Shown: in pieces, positions 1 through 13,600 of the stretch
Layout: every line of letters begins with the position of its first letter
Position numbering within the stretch: the first letter of the stretch is position 1
Assembly: GCA_051362555.1 (NCBI GenBank)
Contig: CM120646.1
Span: 15,996,001 to 16,060,000, forward strand
Length of the DNA stretch: 64,000 nucleotides
Direction of reading: 5' to 3'
Source: Lingula anatina
Lineage: Eukaryota > Animalia > Brachiopoda
Notes under the pieces: generated by a model
What the model was told of the DNA's origin: nothing
Seen by the model: only the letters and a program-made list of their open reading frames with translations
Databases searched by the model: none
Translations under genes and position numbers: made by a program

Positions 1-2190
1 TATGGCATTTTCAGATTTATTTTTTCTACCTCTGTTTTCGATGCAAATTCAGAGCAGGATGTCTACAGGGGCTCCTGTTCACGTCTTTAAGTGAAAAATA
101 ATAAATAGCCACCAAAATATCACATCCCGGGCAGAGATCCCCGTCAATCAATGTCCAAATTAAAGTATATACCCTTTGCTAGCTCCACCCTTCATCACTT
201 ACTTCCTAAAGCGTCCCTCCCACTAAAATTAGCTTCCTTCGCGACTGTCCAAAAAACATTAACACCGATATACTACATGTACGTCTTAATACATGAACAT
301 TTTACATCTTAGATCCTTTCAGAGCTCGCGTTGAACGCCATTTCTGGAGGTTGCTATCAAAGGCTTACTCTCAGATAGGCCCCCGAGCCCCTACCTTACT
401 CGAAATTTATTGCATATCTACAGACTCTTTCAAACTATCAAAACCACATAATACCAGGAGGAAAGAGTAAAACGATATTTTGTTATCTCTATTGTCTCTT
501 TTTTCTAAGACACGTTACCAGCTAATCTTGATCGAGAGCAAGGCAAAAGGTGCGCTTTCTGCTTATGCCCCGACTCGTGTTAATGCATCATTTTACAGCA
601 TTAGGTTTGTGTACTCAAAAATTTTATCTATAATTTTTATTCGTGTGAAGTCATATACTTTTTATTCCATATGCAGTCCGCCAAAAGTTAGACAAAAAAT
701 TAAAAAGAAATCACATTTATTAATTGCGAGTAACCAAAGTCCTTTTAAGCATGCATTATACAGTGTTTTCAGTTAAACATCCTGGGTACAAATTGATGGT
801 GAATGTGGAAAAGGTGTGTGTGTGTGTGTGTGTGTGGGGGGGGGGGGGGGCAGGCCTGTAAAATGTGTTTTTAACGGAATACGTGTTGTAAGACAATATG
901 ATATTTCCCCATAGATACTTGTATGCATTCACTCATGAAGTGGTAAATTATCTTGATCGAGGACAAGACGTGTCCTGTTGCTTTTAATAGTCATGTTTTT
1001 TTATGTTTATTTCCTAAGCCTTTCTTTCTTTTTTCTTTATTTGTATCGTTCCTCCAGTCTTCAAAGTACACTTTGATGTTAGGCTTAATATTAATAACTC
1101 TTTGAATGATTTATGGCCTATAAGGCGTTCATTTTTAGCCGACAAAAATACAGAAGGCCGGGTCTTTTCGCAGTGTGAGTGCCCCCGTCGGTGAAGAGCG
1201 GCACACACCGACCTATATATTGAATTATAGAATTATAGAAAGGCTAATCTAAGTAATTGAATTGCAAATTGATAGAATAATAAATGAAAAGAGACAAAAA
1301 GGCAAATATTTAATAAGTGATAACAGTGGTATAGACCCCCATCCCCCCTCCCCCCACGCTTACTGCAATTTTTATATATACTCCTTTCGCAAGTGAATAT
1401 TCGACTTGGCTTATTTGAATGTTGTAATCCTATCATCAAATGTAATAATAATTTAAGGTATAACCCGGTTCACAACTTTGCCAAATATTCTTCACGATAT
1501 GCAATTTCGTTTCTGGATGTCGTTATAGAAATGAATTCAGGCAAATTTCCGTCATTACGGTAAAAATAAACCATAGGAACTGAATTTATAGATCCTTTTT
1601 CTCCCAATAACTTTGTTGTAGATCACAGACTCTCAAACTTCCCATATTGTGAAAAAATTCAGTTTAACCGAAAACATAACACGTTTAGTCAGTTGCTCTG
1701 CTTTTTAATAATAAGCACAATTCAGAATCTGCACAAAAGCGGATTAAAATATGTATACGTAGAATAGTAAAACAAGTTTTACACTCCACTAGTGATATAA
1801 AGCAAAGTTAAATGTTGGTTGGTTTACGCTTTTCGTGAAAATAGAATTATATCGGTTAAAATCGCATGTCCCATGTCCAATTGCCGAGATGAGATTTCGA
1901 TCTTCGTAAGAGTTGAGGACATTTGCTGATGCAGTTCTGTAAAGATGTTTTAATGAAAAATTAAAGATGCCAGGACACTTCAGCTCAAACAAATATATAT
2001 TCACCGGACACACACCAAATTAAAAGAATGTGCTTTCCTTGCATTTAGAATGAAATATAGGTCTCTATGCAAATTTGAAATCATGTAATTATCCTTGATT
2101 AAAATGTGTAATTTTTGTATTAATTACCAATAATAATCAAAGTTAAAACACAAGATTGGATCATTCATGAAAAATAACTTACAAAAGCCG

Positions 2191-5100
2191 TCAGTAAACG
2201 ATATAATGGAAAGGTCCTTCAGATATCTGGAAATCGTCGACAGATTCAGCCCTTCTCTTTCCTGGGCTATCATCTTGCACACAGCCCTTGGTACAGCGTG
2301 ACGTCATATCCGCAGTGTGGCAGACGACCAGTTTGCAGTGAAGATATATCTGAGGAAAAGATTTCAGGAACTGGAAGGCCTGGATACTCAAGCGAATCTC
2401 TCTTGGGTCCTGACTTGGGAGGAACTTGACCGCCGATGTCACTGGACATCTGAAGGGAAGGAAAGCAAGTATTTTTACTATATGACGCTCATTTGATTAT
2501 AATATGAAGTTGACTTCTTAATGGGAAAGGATCAGTTGACTAGTACATAAAAAGATGACCTATCATCAAATAAAATAATTAAACAAACATACAAAAGTGA
2601 GCCTATTCGTTAAAACATCCCAAATTGCGGTTATGAGTGATTCATATCTGTACGGATCTAAAATACTTTATGAAGCAAAACCATAAACATATATTCATAT
2701 CTGATAACCATGGGTATTCGTTAATGCATTTTTGCATTGATCTATATGAGTGTACAACTCAAATATTTTTTCATTTTTGTGTAATGCAGGTACATGTATT
2801 TACCCGTTAATGATGAAGTTGAACTGGAGGAAGTCGAACGGGCTGGAAGAAGGCGTAGCCTTGCACGTGTCCGCAAACAGTTTTACATCCTTGGACTTCG
2901 TGTTCACGCTCAGCACAAAAAACATATGATCACGAATATTCACGGACACAGGGTAGTCCTTTTTGGAGAATGCAGTCGCAAACTTGTCGGATTGGAACTG
3001 TTGGATGTTGAACGTCAAGTTTCCTCTACCCTTTTCCTTGAAACTCAGTTTCTCTACAACTGGCTTGAAGCTATGGGCGATCCAGTGGTCCCTTGCATAC
3101 TCGCACTCAAATGGAACCTCGACAATGCCGGCCCAAGTGACGACACCAGTCATTAGAGAGAGGTAGTTGGGCCTGGTAGACACGATGTTGGAATACACGA
3201 CCGAGGAGTTGGTGAAGTTCATGCTCGTGCCGCAGCCGTGCAGGGGTGACTTGAACGTGATGAAGGTACGGTTGCCCGTGCCTTGACAGGAAGGGTCCGC
3301 CAACTGAAGCTGGCTCTCGTTAAGACCGTGGAATGCCGAACGAAGCAGGTCCAACTGCAAGTGTTGGTCGGTACAGGTTACGGTGACATCGGGGGCTGAG
3401 GTAGCATAAATTAATTTTCGTCAGTTTGGTAAATGATAGTAGTAAGAATAATCTTGGTCACAAACCGACTCACACGAGAAATGCTTCGATGGACCACCGG
3501 CCATCTTTTTCAGTCGCTGACTGACACAGATCGAGAGTGATACTTATAGAACTACTATTATACTACTAGAATAAATGTTTCCATTTTAAGTCTGATGGCA
3601 TAAAATTAAAGAAGAACAAATAACACAGGAATACTTCCTCACAGACTTACATTTTACCAATGTATAATTAATATCTCTATTAAATTATCAAATAGCTGTT
3701 CATTGACTAACTTTGGTTTTGTTTAGAATTGAAGTTATCGAACTAGCAGAATCGATCTATCTCAGCGGGGACTCTCGCTATTTTTAAAGTCTAGGTCCCA
3801 ACAACGTTTTGGACGCACGGTTTTTAGGTTCCTTGCGTCCGGCTAAGACGTAGCTAGATCGCAGGGAAGAAATCAAATAATTGGTGAAAAGTTTCTACGT
3901 GTTGTCCTCACGCAAAAAAATTCCACGTTTTCCCCATTTTTTGGCCGTAGACCACACGTAGCAGCCCGTACGTTCGGTTGGGACTTAGGCTTAAGGCACA
4001 GTCAATGTAATCAGCTTAATTCTCTGACATGCCCCTCGTAACTAAAGTACTTGGGTAAAGTCGGGAAAAGTTGGTGGTTCATCATGTTGTCCATATTGCT
4101 TTACGAGGGGGCGTGGCAGACAAAAAAGCTGATAACATTGACCGCGCCTTGGCGCGGAAACCTGTTGAGATAGATCGATCACGCAAGTACGATAACTTCT
4201 ATTCTGAACACAGCCTATGGGACCATGTTTGGTGATATTTCCAAAGTTAAGTAACACTGTGTATACTGACATTGACATGTCCTTCCGTCCTGCTCTAGCA
4301 CCAAATCCTTCACCGGACACTGACAATGGCGGTGGTCATTGTAGTCCTTGTGGACACAGATATGGCTACAGCCTCCGTTATCTATTGTACACTCGTCTCT
4401 TACTGCAGTGAAAAAAAATTAAAGAATGACTTTCTGAAAGCAAGTAATAATTAAAAAAAGTGTGAATAAATAGAGGATGAATACATTTTTTTTAAAGTTT
4501 AAGTCAATGCACTTGCCTGGTTGTAATCTAACTAATGTCTGCTTTCTATAACCATCAGTGATATTCCATCTCAAACTAACTTACTTATGTTTGTGTTGTT
4601 TGTTGGACATCTGAGATAACTCCTGTACTAACCAGGTTTCACAAACATGAATGAAATCTCAACCCGACATATCAATCAAATCTAAAAAAGAAATGATTTT
4701 AAAATTACCACAGGTGCGATTGTTACTGCCCACCACAAAGCCCTTCGGACACGAGCAGACGACAGTGAATGTAGAGTTATCCATGGCGCAATAGTCCGAA
4801 CATCCTCCGTTGTTTTCAAGGCACCGGTTGTGATACTCTAAAATTGCATAATTGGTTAACTAACTAACTCTCTCCCTCTCTCTCTCTGTTTTTTAGTTTT
4901 TGTGAGAAGTTTTACTAGCCATTAATGTTTCGATGACTTACGATATACAACGTAAACCAGTCGATATAATAAACTCTTCTGTGACATGCATCCGATCACG
5001 GGGAAAGTTACATACCGTCCTCTGGGATTTAAAAATACTTACCACACGTGCGATTGTTAATTCCCAACAGAAAGCCACCTGGACACGAGCAGACGACAGT

Positions 5101-8100
5101 AAATGTAGAGTTATCCATGGAGCAATGGTCGGAACACCCTCCGTTGTTTTCAAGGCACCGGTTGTGATACTCTGAAAATGCATAATTGGTGAACTATCTC
5201 TCTCTCTTTCTGTTATTTAGTTTTCGTGAGAAGTTTTACTCGGAGGCCTCGATAAATTAATTTGGAATGTTTCTCAGATTGTAAACACGTTTCATTTAAA
5301 TGTTTCAATGACTTATGATATAAAACGTAAACAAGACAATACAATAAACTTTTCTGTGACATGCATCCGATCACGGGGAAAGGTACATACCACACGTCCT
5401 TTGATCCTTTCCAACACGAAACCCATTCGGACATGAACACACAGCGTTGAATGTAGATTTATCCATGGAGCAGTAGTGGGAACATCCACCGTTGTTATCA
5501 AGACACATGTCGTGATATTCTGAAATACAAGCGTTTGTTTTACATGAGGCAATGAATGGTGTCTACTTGTAGGTAGTGACTTGTCCAACCTTGAGTTAGA
5601 ATTTACTAATAAGTATGTTTTCTCTTACAGCTTGAACCTGGGTTTGATCCTCCGCCACCCCTGAACAGGGTTAAAGTTCCAAACACACGGTCATTGAATT
5701 CATGATAAATTCAAGCATCACGGGCAGTCTGCTCATATTATGAAGAATAAAATCTTGTAAAGAACCTAAAACAGGCCTACCCAACTACCAGACTCGGCAC
5801 CTAAGGATCCTGAATTAACCGGTATATCGGACCACACTACCCGTTTTCAAGGTGTGTGTCAGATCGCATTTCGGAGTATCAGCCAGAACACCGACAGGAT
5901 GAGCCCTGGCATGCTCGGCTGCCACCTTGATTGGATAGTAAACGATTGTCGTAAAATCGCTATATGATTTTAAAACCGGGTGCATAAATTTGAAAGAACA
6001 CCTAGATGAACCTTAGACTGCCACATTAATCTAATACAATGCAAAAAAGCCCTATCAAAAGTGGTTAAAACATTCAAACCGAATGTCGTAAAGTCCCCAT
6101 ATATCCCCATAGAGACAATAAAATAGAGTACTCTAAAGTAAGAGTACAGTTTAAGGTTGTTCAGCCGAGCGTGGATGAGCCCGCAGTCGTGCTACAAAAT
6201 TTGTTCTGGGGTATGATACTCCGAAATGCGATCTGACACGCACCTTGAAAACGGGTAGCGTGGTCCGATATACCGGTTAATTCAGGATCCTTAGGTGCCG
6301 AGTCTGGTAGTTGGGTAGGCCTGTAAAAGCAGTGTACAAATTATATCAGGGAATTGAGATCAATGCCCCTCTAAGTTGACTTGTGCGGCACGTTGTGTGA
6401 GTTCTGGCCCTGGTCAGTGACCACGAGCAGACCAAAATATTACTTGTTATTTGTTAAGCCTCGTCAAATATTGCACGATTGTTATCCATTCGAAAATCTT
6501 CTAAACTTAAGTTGATAGGCCATTATTTGAACAGAGTCATCACACCGATAATTGTATATGCATGGCAAGAAAAAACGAAAATAGCATACTTTAAAAAACA
6601 GTTAAATCTTCAGGTATTATCATGCTGGTCCCTCGTGTACAAAATGATCTATAACTGTATACAATACAAACTGAGACATTTACCAACACAATATGCCAAA
6701 GAACAATGTAGTGTATATGGCAAATAGTACACATAGAATCCTGCCGGGCACATCTTAACTTTGACTGTGGATGACCAGTTACAACAGTCACCAGAGAAGT
6801 GGGCGCATGCCTGTCTACTGACCACGCCGTCTCCTAGTGCTGGGTGTTTACCGTTCAGCCACATGGGAGCATCAGTTCCGCATCTGTTGTCGGACGCTGG
6901 GCACTGCAATAGGGCGTTTAAAAATTAACTAAATAGTCATATGGGCAATATATTTATAGATGAGATTATTGATATTTGATAAGTTTTCAAGGAATAAATA
7001 ATGACTCGGTCGTCATATGCTTTATGTTGTATCGACTTGTGACCTGCCATTATGAAGTAAAGATAATGGACATGTGATAGTATATGACCAGTTACTCAAG
7101 GAGTAATCATTTTTTGCGATTTTAGAGGTGTAATGACTGGTGTAAGTGAAAGTGGGAGGGTTCAATGGGCTAGTTAATTTGTGGTTTTCTTTGTTGTGTT
7201 AACGTCGAATTATACTACCTTTGGAATCATATGGGTCTTCAGTATGTTATGGCATGGACATAATAAGAGAAGGACGAGTAACGCGGAGCAAGATCAAAGG
7301 ATAATCGGCTTAACATGAGCTCTTTGTGAAACCATGTGCGTTCGGATCACGCGACCTCCCGTACAGGTAGCGAGCATATCGCAGTTGTCGATGACTTTTT
7401 GTGTCATTTGGGCAGGTAGTTCGCGATAACGTGAGTCAATCTTTCGGGTGGATGAGACAATAAAATTATAGAGATGAAGTATAAGTACAATTTGTTCTGT
7501 CAATTTGGAAACTATGTGAGAATTTGATATGTTTATTCATGGAGGAATTCAAAATGCCCTATGTGGTAAAGGCTATCTTGTTTGTTGTCGTAAAATGAGC
7601 ATTCAAAATTGTACAATTGTAGTGCAGTATACTTGTTTTCAACTATGATCCGATTGGAAAATATTTTTAGTGTCAAACTTTTCTCTCTGTGTGAGAAATT
7701 AGCCTGAGACGCGGCAATAATGAAACCTTCAATCGTGTCTTGAATTAAAATGACGCAATTCCTCTCCGATTTATTCAACTCGCTGACATCGTTGTAGGTC
7801 TGGTATTTTTTACGTACGAGTTAGATAAAGGTGGCATTTACACTGATGTGTGCTATATGAATAGGTTTATGTTACTTGCTTAAGTGAGCCCGAATTATGT
7901 AATGATAATTAATATTTTTAACATTCAATATGGGCTCTCGTTGCAATAGGGCACCACACACGCATTCGTGACCCACAAAAACGCACCTGTGGGTCTTTTA
8001 ATATTTTTTTTATCAAAGTTGACATTAATACTGCTCTGAAGTATACATATATTTACACATTACAGGCTACGGTCTGCTCCAGTCTGAGAATGATAATTAT

Positions 8101-10670
8101 TATTTTTTTAACTTTCAATATGGGCTGTCATTGCAATATGGCACCACACAAGCATTCGTTACGCACAAAAACGCACCTGTGGGCCTTTTAATATTCTTTT
8201 ATCAAAGTTGACATTAACACTGCTCTGAAGTATATATATATTTACACGTTACCGGCTACGGTCTGCTCCAGTCTGAGAATGATAAAATTATTATTTTTTT
8301 AACTTTCGATATGGGCTCTCGTTGCAATATGGCACCACACACGCATTCGTTACGCACAAAAACGCACCTGTGGGCCTTTTAATATTCTTTTATCAAAGTT
8401 GACATTAACACTGCTCTGAAGTATATATATATTTACACATTACCGGCTACAGTCTGCTCCACTTTGAGAATGAAAATTAATAGTTTTTCATCTTTAAATT
8501 GGAGTCCCTATACAGCATAGAGACGATTGACAAACACCCTCATTGCATGGTCTTTTAATTCAAGTATAAATGTGGACATGTACACATGCAAACTTCGTGA
8601 ATATATTTACTTGGGTAATGGTCATAAAAGTGGATCTTGATCACAACTCACCTCTGTAATTGGCTTGCTACATTGCATTAACTTGTTATCAGATACGTTT
8701 GGATAGCACCTACCTGGCTTTATTAGTCAACATGCTTTTAAACCAGTTATATATCAGTTCGACATATATCAATACAATCTTGGAAACGATAACAAGTATA
8801 GACAAAGGCCAGAGCCCGTTTTAATTAGGTAACAGGAAAAAGAAACTGAAAACCCGAAACAAATTTCCACTTGTTGACGCAAGTCTATGTGCTAGCAATT
8901 ACAAGATGAAGGCAATGCTGTGTCATAGCAACCACGAGGGACCGCGAGAAATTGCGTTATCCATGCAATAGAACAAAAGGATTTCAATGAGGCACAGCGC
9001 GCGCTACCTTGATAATAAGTTGTTCAGGCTCCCGTGGAGCTATCAAAACAGCTTCTCTGAGACAATGGGCGAATGTTTACCCGAACGCACATAGCTTCAA
9101 AGGAAGATGCCGCGTTACTCGTCCTTCTCTTATTATGTCCATGGTTATGGCATGGTGTGGTATGGCGTGGCGTAGCGAGGCGTGGCGTGGTGTGGCGTGG
9201 CATGGCATAAAAGTGTAGTGTAGTGTAGTGTAGTGTAGTGTAGTGTAGTGAAGTGTAGTATAGAGAATCAAAGCAAAGACCATAAGGAGACTATCAGAGA
9301 CCCAGAGACAAGAATTACTAACAACAGACCACGGTTATGCAGCAGGGGCCAATCTAAAATTGTCATCTATCAGTGTACTTCTACTGACCTTTTCTGGCAT
9401 TCTGTTCCCAGCATTGCCTTTGAATCTGAACCACCCTTGAAAGTTAGTGTCAGTTCTACCTGCTTTATCACAATTTGTTTTCCCATATTTATCGGTGCCT
9501 TTACCGCTATTCACGCTTCTCCAGTCCTGGTCCAGAACACCGTGAGTCACACAGGGATCTAATATACATGTATAACAAAAGCAATGCAGGCTATAAAAAC
9601 AGATGATAAAATGCATGAATGTAAACATACATAATTAAGTCAGCGAAAGACTAAACAATTACGCCCTTGAAAAGATTCAAAAACACTAAAACTACATGCA
9701 ATTATTCATCAGCATAAAATCAATGTCATAAAGAACGCAAACTAACGTTCTTAATGAGTAATTGAAAAAAATACTGATTAGATGAGCTAAACCTTATACT
9801 TAGTTAATACCATATTTATATATATATTAACTAGTAGCTTATCAGTTTCTGCACCACACAAAGCTGCAAGATTGTCAATCCATTTATTTATTTATTTCTT
9901 TAAATGAGGATGAAACGTTTTTAAGGAATAGTATCGGTACAGCGATGGATTGAAATAGGCCTACAACGTGTACAAAGTATATCGCTTACCTACGTCTCGT
10001 TGACTTATGCTTATGTCGTCATATTTTTCCTAAAATGAAAAAAAAAACTTTTTAAGCATGCGATTTATATGAAGAAATCGTCACACACATACACGTGAGC
10101 GCGCGCGCATGCACACAATCACAAATAGGCACACACACAAATACATACAAAACATTTGCATATACACACACATTCACATGCCCATACTCCTCGGTAGTTT
10201 CAATAGCATATCGTATCAAAATGACAGGTGTAAAGTATTCACTGTTTCTACTCACTACTTAAGATTGTAGATCACTGTATTGTGTCTCAATACTGTTAAT
10301 TGTCGTCTGTGTCTAGAACGCCTACTGAACCTATCATGGGGTAATTAACTATCGTTCAGCTGCTTCAGTAGGCGTGCCAATCGTTAAAGCCGCTTAATTA
10401 CAGTATATATAATTTGAATTCAATTAAGAGAGATTCCCCTCGGAGATGGACCGATCCCGCTAGATCGATGTAAGTATGGGAATGGGGTCAGAGTCACGTT
10501 ACACCGGGTGAAGGTAGGAAAATGTAGGATCACTACAAGTGTGATCATGTGAAAAAATCAATCAGTAATTAATCAATATTGTTAACGGTATAGATGATAA
10601 CAGGTACCTTTCCTGCGGATAAGCCCAGAAGCAAGTACAAAACACAGCAATGGAGCCACCATGTGGACAT
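2191..10670 (-). CDS. Secreted uromodulin/GP2/OIT3-like protein (signal peptide, D8C Cys-rich domain, 4 EGF-like repeats, ZP module), ~620 aa, 10 coding exons
   Basis: Exons with GT-AG ends and consistent phases: 10608-10670 (MSTWWLHCCVLYLLLGLSAGK signal), 9990-10029, 9389-9558 (DPCVTHGVLDQDWRS..GWFRFKGNAGNRMPEK), 6684-6903 (CGTDAPMWLNGKHP..GFYVYYL..CSLAYC, D8C), EGF exons 5391-5519, 5043-5171, 4709-4837, 4271-4402, ZP exons 2804-3395 (LADPSC..PLHGCGT..VPFECEY..DTCKATPS) and 2191-2449 (FQF..IYLHCKLVVC..SRCTKGC..GKRRA..ISEGP). Total 1863 nt, a multiple of 3. Confidence 0.92.
3788..3991. mobile_element. ~204-bp MITE, PIF/Harbinger-like (TAA TSD)
   Basis: TIRs AGTCTAGGTCCCAAC / GTTGGGACTTAGGCT, flanked by TAA at 3785-3787 and 3992-3994. 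Lies in an intron of the ZP gene, nested in an older repeat. Confidence 0.65.
4709..5521 (-). repeat. Tandem exon duplication: three 129-nt EGF exons with homologous intron flanks
   Basis: Exons 5391-5519, 5043-5171 and 4709-4837 encode EYHxxCLxNNGGCSxxCxMDxSTFxxVCSCPxGF. Intron segments ~4840-5020 and ~5174-5390 are also similar. Confidence 0.85.
5772..6323. mobile_element. Foldback MITE family A, copy 1 (552 bp, 5-bp TSD TAAAA)
   Basis: TIRs of >100 bp starting CAGGCCTACCCAACTACCAGACTCGGCACC; TAAAA on both sides; near-identical to 58125-58675. Confidence 0.92.
7901..8480. repeat. Tandem repeat, ~189-bp unit x3 plus a partial unit (intron of the ZP gene)
   Basis: Units begin AATGATAA at ~7901, ~8089 and ~8278 and share GCACCACAC..GCATTCGT..CACAAAAACGCACCTGTGGG..GGCTAC.GTCTGCTCC. 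Confidence 0.9.
9147..9260. repeat. Compound pentanucleotide microsatellite (TGGCG/TGGCA then GTGTA)
   Basis: Read directly from the sequence. Confidence 0.85.
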
Positions 10671-13600
10671 CTCTATGACAGGCCGTAAGCCAACTGATGT
10701 CTGCAACTTGCCCACCTCTTCTTGAGAAAAGGGAGTCTGTTACTTGCAATGATAAGATAACCTTCTTTGCAGGCCATCACCTTATCTTCTTTGAAGGAGT
10801 AAATGTCATGCACTTAACTCTAGGAGGTCAGTCTTTTAGAAGGAATTGGAACATCTGGTCTTGGATATTATTATGTCCAAGATCTGGTTGACACTTCGTA
10901 ACAAAGTGCAAAACATACACTCATGTATTCTGCTTTAAATGACTTCTACCAAAATGAATTAACAACATGATGTAAGAGTCGATTTTGATAAAGCATGTAT
11001 ACATGCAAGCATTTTTCTGTTAACCTACATGCACTACATGTACATGCTGTACACGTATCCGATCATTGTATCGGACGCGTTATATCCTCGTGCACACCAA
11101 CAAAAAATGGGATAGGAACAGTAATTTATATTCCAGTATTAATCAAATTCTACATCTATACGTGTTTGTTGTCTGTATGATTTCCAACATTCATGGACAG
11201 CTTGTTAGCAATACAGGAATCAATAGCAATTGGATAAAAACGATCTTTCTAATATACCAATTTTTAATATTTTTATTCATATAATTATTGACCTTTCTGT
11301 TTACTGATTCATTAAAATCCCTGTTGCGTAACTCTCAAAGTTAACCGGCCCAGGCAGCATCGGATTTGTATACCGCTCGATGTGAAAAGGCATCGCGATT
11401 TCTTAGTGAGGTAAGCTCTATATAACAGAGGTTCTCTATGACGACGGCCCGCTATTTTGAAAATTGCACAAAATAGCTCTGAAATTGGCAACTAGAAATA
11501 AACTAGAAGTCCGATTATTAAACGTCGCCTCTTTTCATCTTCCTAAGGAAAGACCCGGCGGTAAGAAGCATAATAGATATCAAGAAGACGCAGTTGCCAG
11601 GAAGAAGTGGAGGGGCTGGGTCCATTGAGGGTGCCGACAATCTTCGGTACACTGAGGACCGGGCTGATGATGATGATGAAGATGATGAGATGGCGGTAAT
11701 CTTATCATACTTATGTTCTACTACCGTAACGATTCCAAACACAGAGAATCGAAAAATCAACCTGGTTCACAATTGTAAACAAGAATTAAAAGCTTCGTCA
11801 CAAATTTAGTGGGCACTTTTCCACGTGTGCGCACATGTGAACTGTAAAACGACGATAAAGGTGGAGGCTCTTGTCACTTCCATTCTAAAACGGGCTTGGT
11901 TTAAGATAACACCGTATTATAAGGTCAATCGTAAGGTCACATCATGTGTAACCAAACACCTGGTGCTCTGTACTAAGGTACAGTAACCTTCCGTCTGCTT
12001 ACTGGTGTTTCTTTCTTTACTTGCAGCAAATGACGTCAGCTTTTGATGTTAAAAAGCTTACCGTGACCCGCCCCCCCTCCCTCATCCACATCCATTACTA
12101 TCACACTTACATGTGCATCTCTTTCTTCATGATGATGTGACGGCCCACGCCAATGCATAGATGCACAGTCGTAAACCAATTTCAGCGTAAACCAATTTTT
12201 TTTTTCGTTTTAGAACTTAAAATTATTAATTAAACAAGGATATTGCCACGTGTGTGTGAGCAAGAGATACACTGTATCAACTCCGTTAAATGGAAAATGT
12301 CCTAACGTGCAAGCATAATAAGTAGATGATGTAATAGATTGGTGATAAAATGCATTCTTGATATCAATTATATGTAGATAAGACAATTCCCGGCTACCGT
12401 TTAAATTCCACGTGCTAGAACATACGCACTCATGCACGCACACACACACTGGAAACACCTACCAAAATGCTGGTGCAAATTGAAATATGGACGCACACAG
12501 ATAATATGATAAAACAGTGAAACGCTTGTACATACCCCCCCTCCCCACTATAAAGTTACTACCGAACCCGTGACCCGTGACGGGTTTATTTAACAGGACC
12601 GTTAACAAAGCAATGAGTTGAACAGGTCACGATTCTAGACACACTTATCACGAACTACATAGATAACAAATGAAATACTGCCAAAAGTCTATTAAGATAA
12701 CGTCCCCACTTCACACTACGCGAGACATCTCTAATTGGGGCGCGTTTCCATTTGAAAGCAAAATTGTGCCTGATTGTGAATGATCGAGGAAAACAATGCG
12801 AAAAATAAACCACGATCACCAATTTCACCTAATGAAATTTTACTTATTCGACGGGAACAGTCAGTCAGATTCGTGATAAAGCGCACACATTTAAATTCCT
12901 TTATGATATCGATTACATGTGGATAAAAACAATTCCTGGCTTCCCTCTAAAACGCACGCTCTAGAACACACGGGCACACAAACGCACACGCATACAACAT
13001 TGTGAAATGTCTTTTAAGATAATGTCCCCAACTTCAAACTAAGCGAGACATCGCTAACTGATGCTTGTTAAAGAAAAAATAATTCTATTTAATAGAAGTA
13101 TCAAGGAAAAATAAATGCCTTCAGCTGGGCATGTCACCAATATCACCAAAGGAAATATTTATTTTTTCAAAAGGAACAATTAAACTTCAAATAAACAAAT
13201 TTTGATTTCATAATTTTTATTATTTTAATTCAACGTGTTAATGAATATATTAAATAATAATATCAGACGATTATGAAATTAAAATGATGCTCGTCACCGT
13301 GACATGAAAGTCACAATTTCATAACAAACACAGGTTAGAAAAAGCAACGTCAAGGTCGACTTGTTTCTTTATCTTATAGAGGGCACAGAAACGCTGTAGT
13401 AACAAAGCCAAGCCCGGGAGTACATAACCTAATACGACGGAGAGAAAATAAAGAGTGGCCTACATTTAAAAGTGGCGGCTTCCGTGTCATATTGAGTAAT
13501 GCACTGCCAGCGACTAACATCCGCCTGTTAATCATAGTTTTATTTGACGACCCCAGTGGCGTCAATTCGTGGCATTATCAGTAGCGAAAGCAAAAATAGA

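Noticed and set aside
480-1439. Short ORFs at the window start
   Set aside because: AT-rich, with no domain signature or splice-consistent structure.
2794-3166. Plus-strand ORFs overlapping the ZP exon
   Set aside because: Antisense shadows of the GC-richer coding exon.
7901-8480. Regularly spaced repeats considered as a CRISPR-like array
   Set aside because: Whole ~189-bp units repeat with no unique spacers; eukaryotic context and no cas genes.
11518-11809. Acidic ORF (RADDDDEDDEM) and antisense Ser-rich ORF
   Set aside because: Driven by a (GAT)n run; I could not link it to other exons with consistent splice phases.
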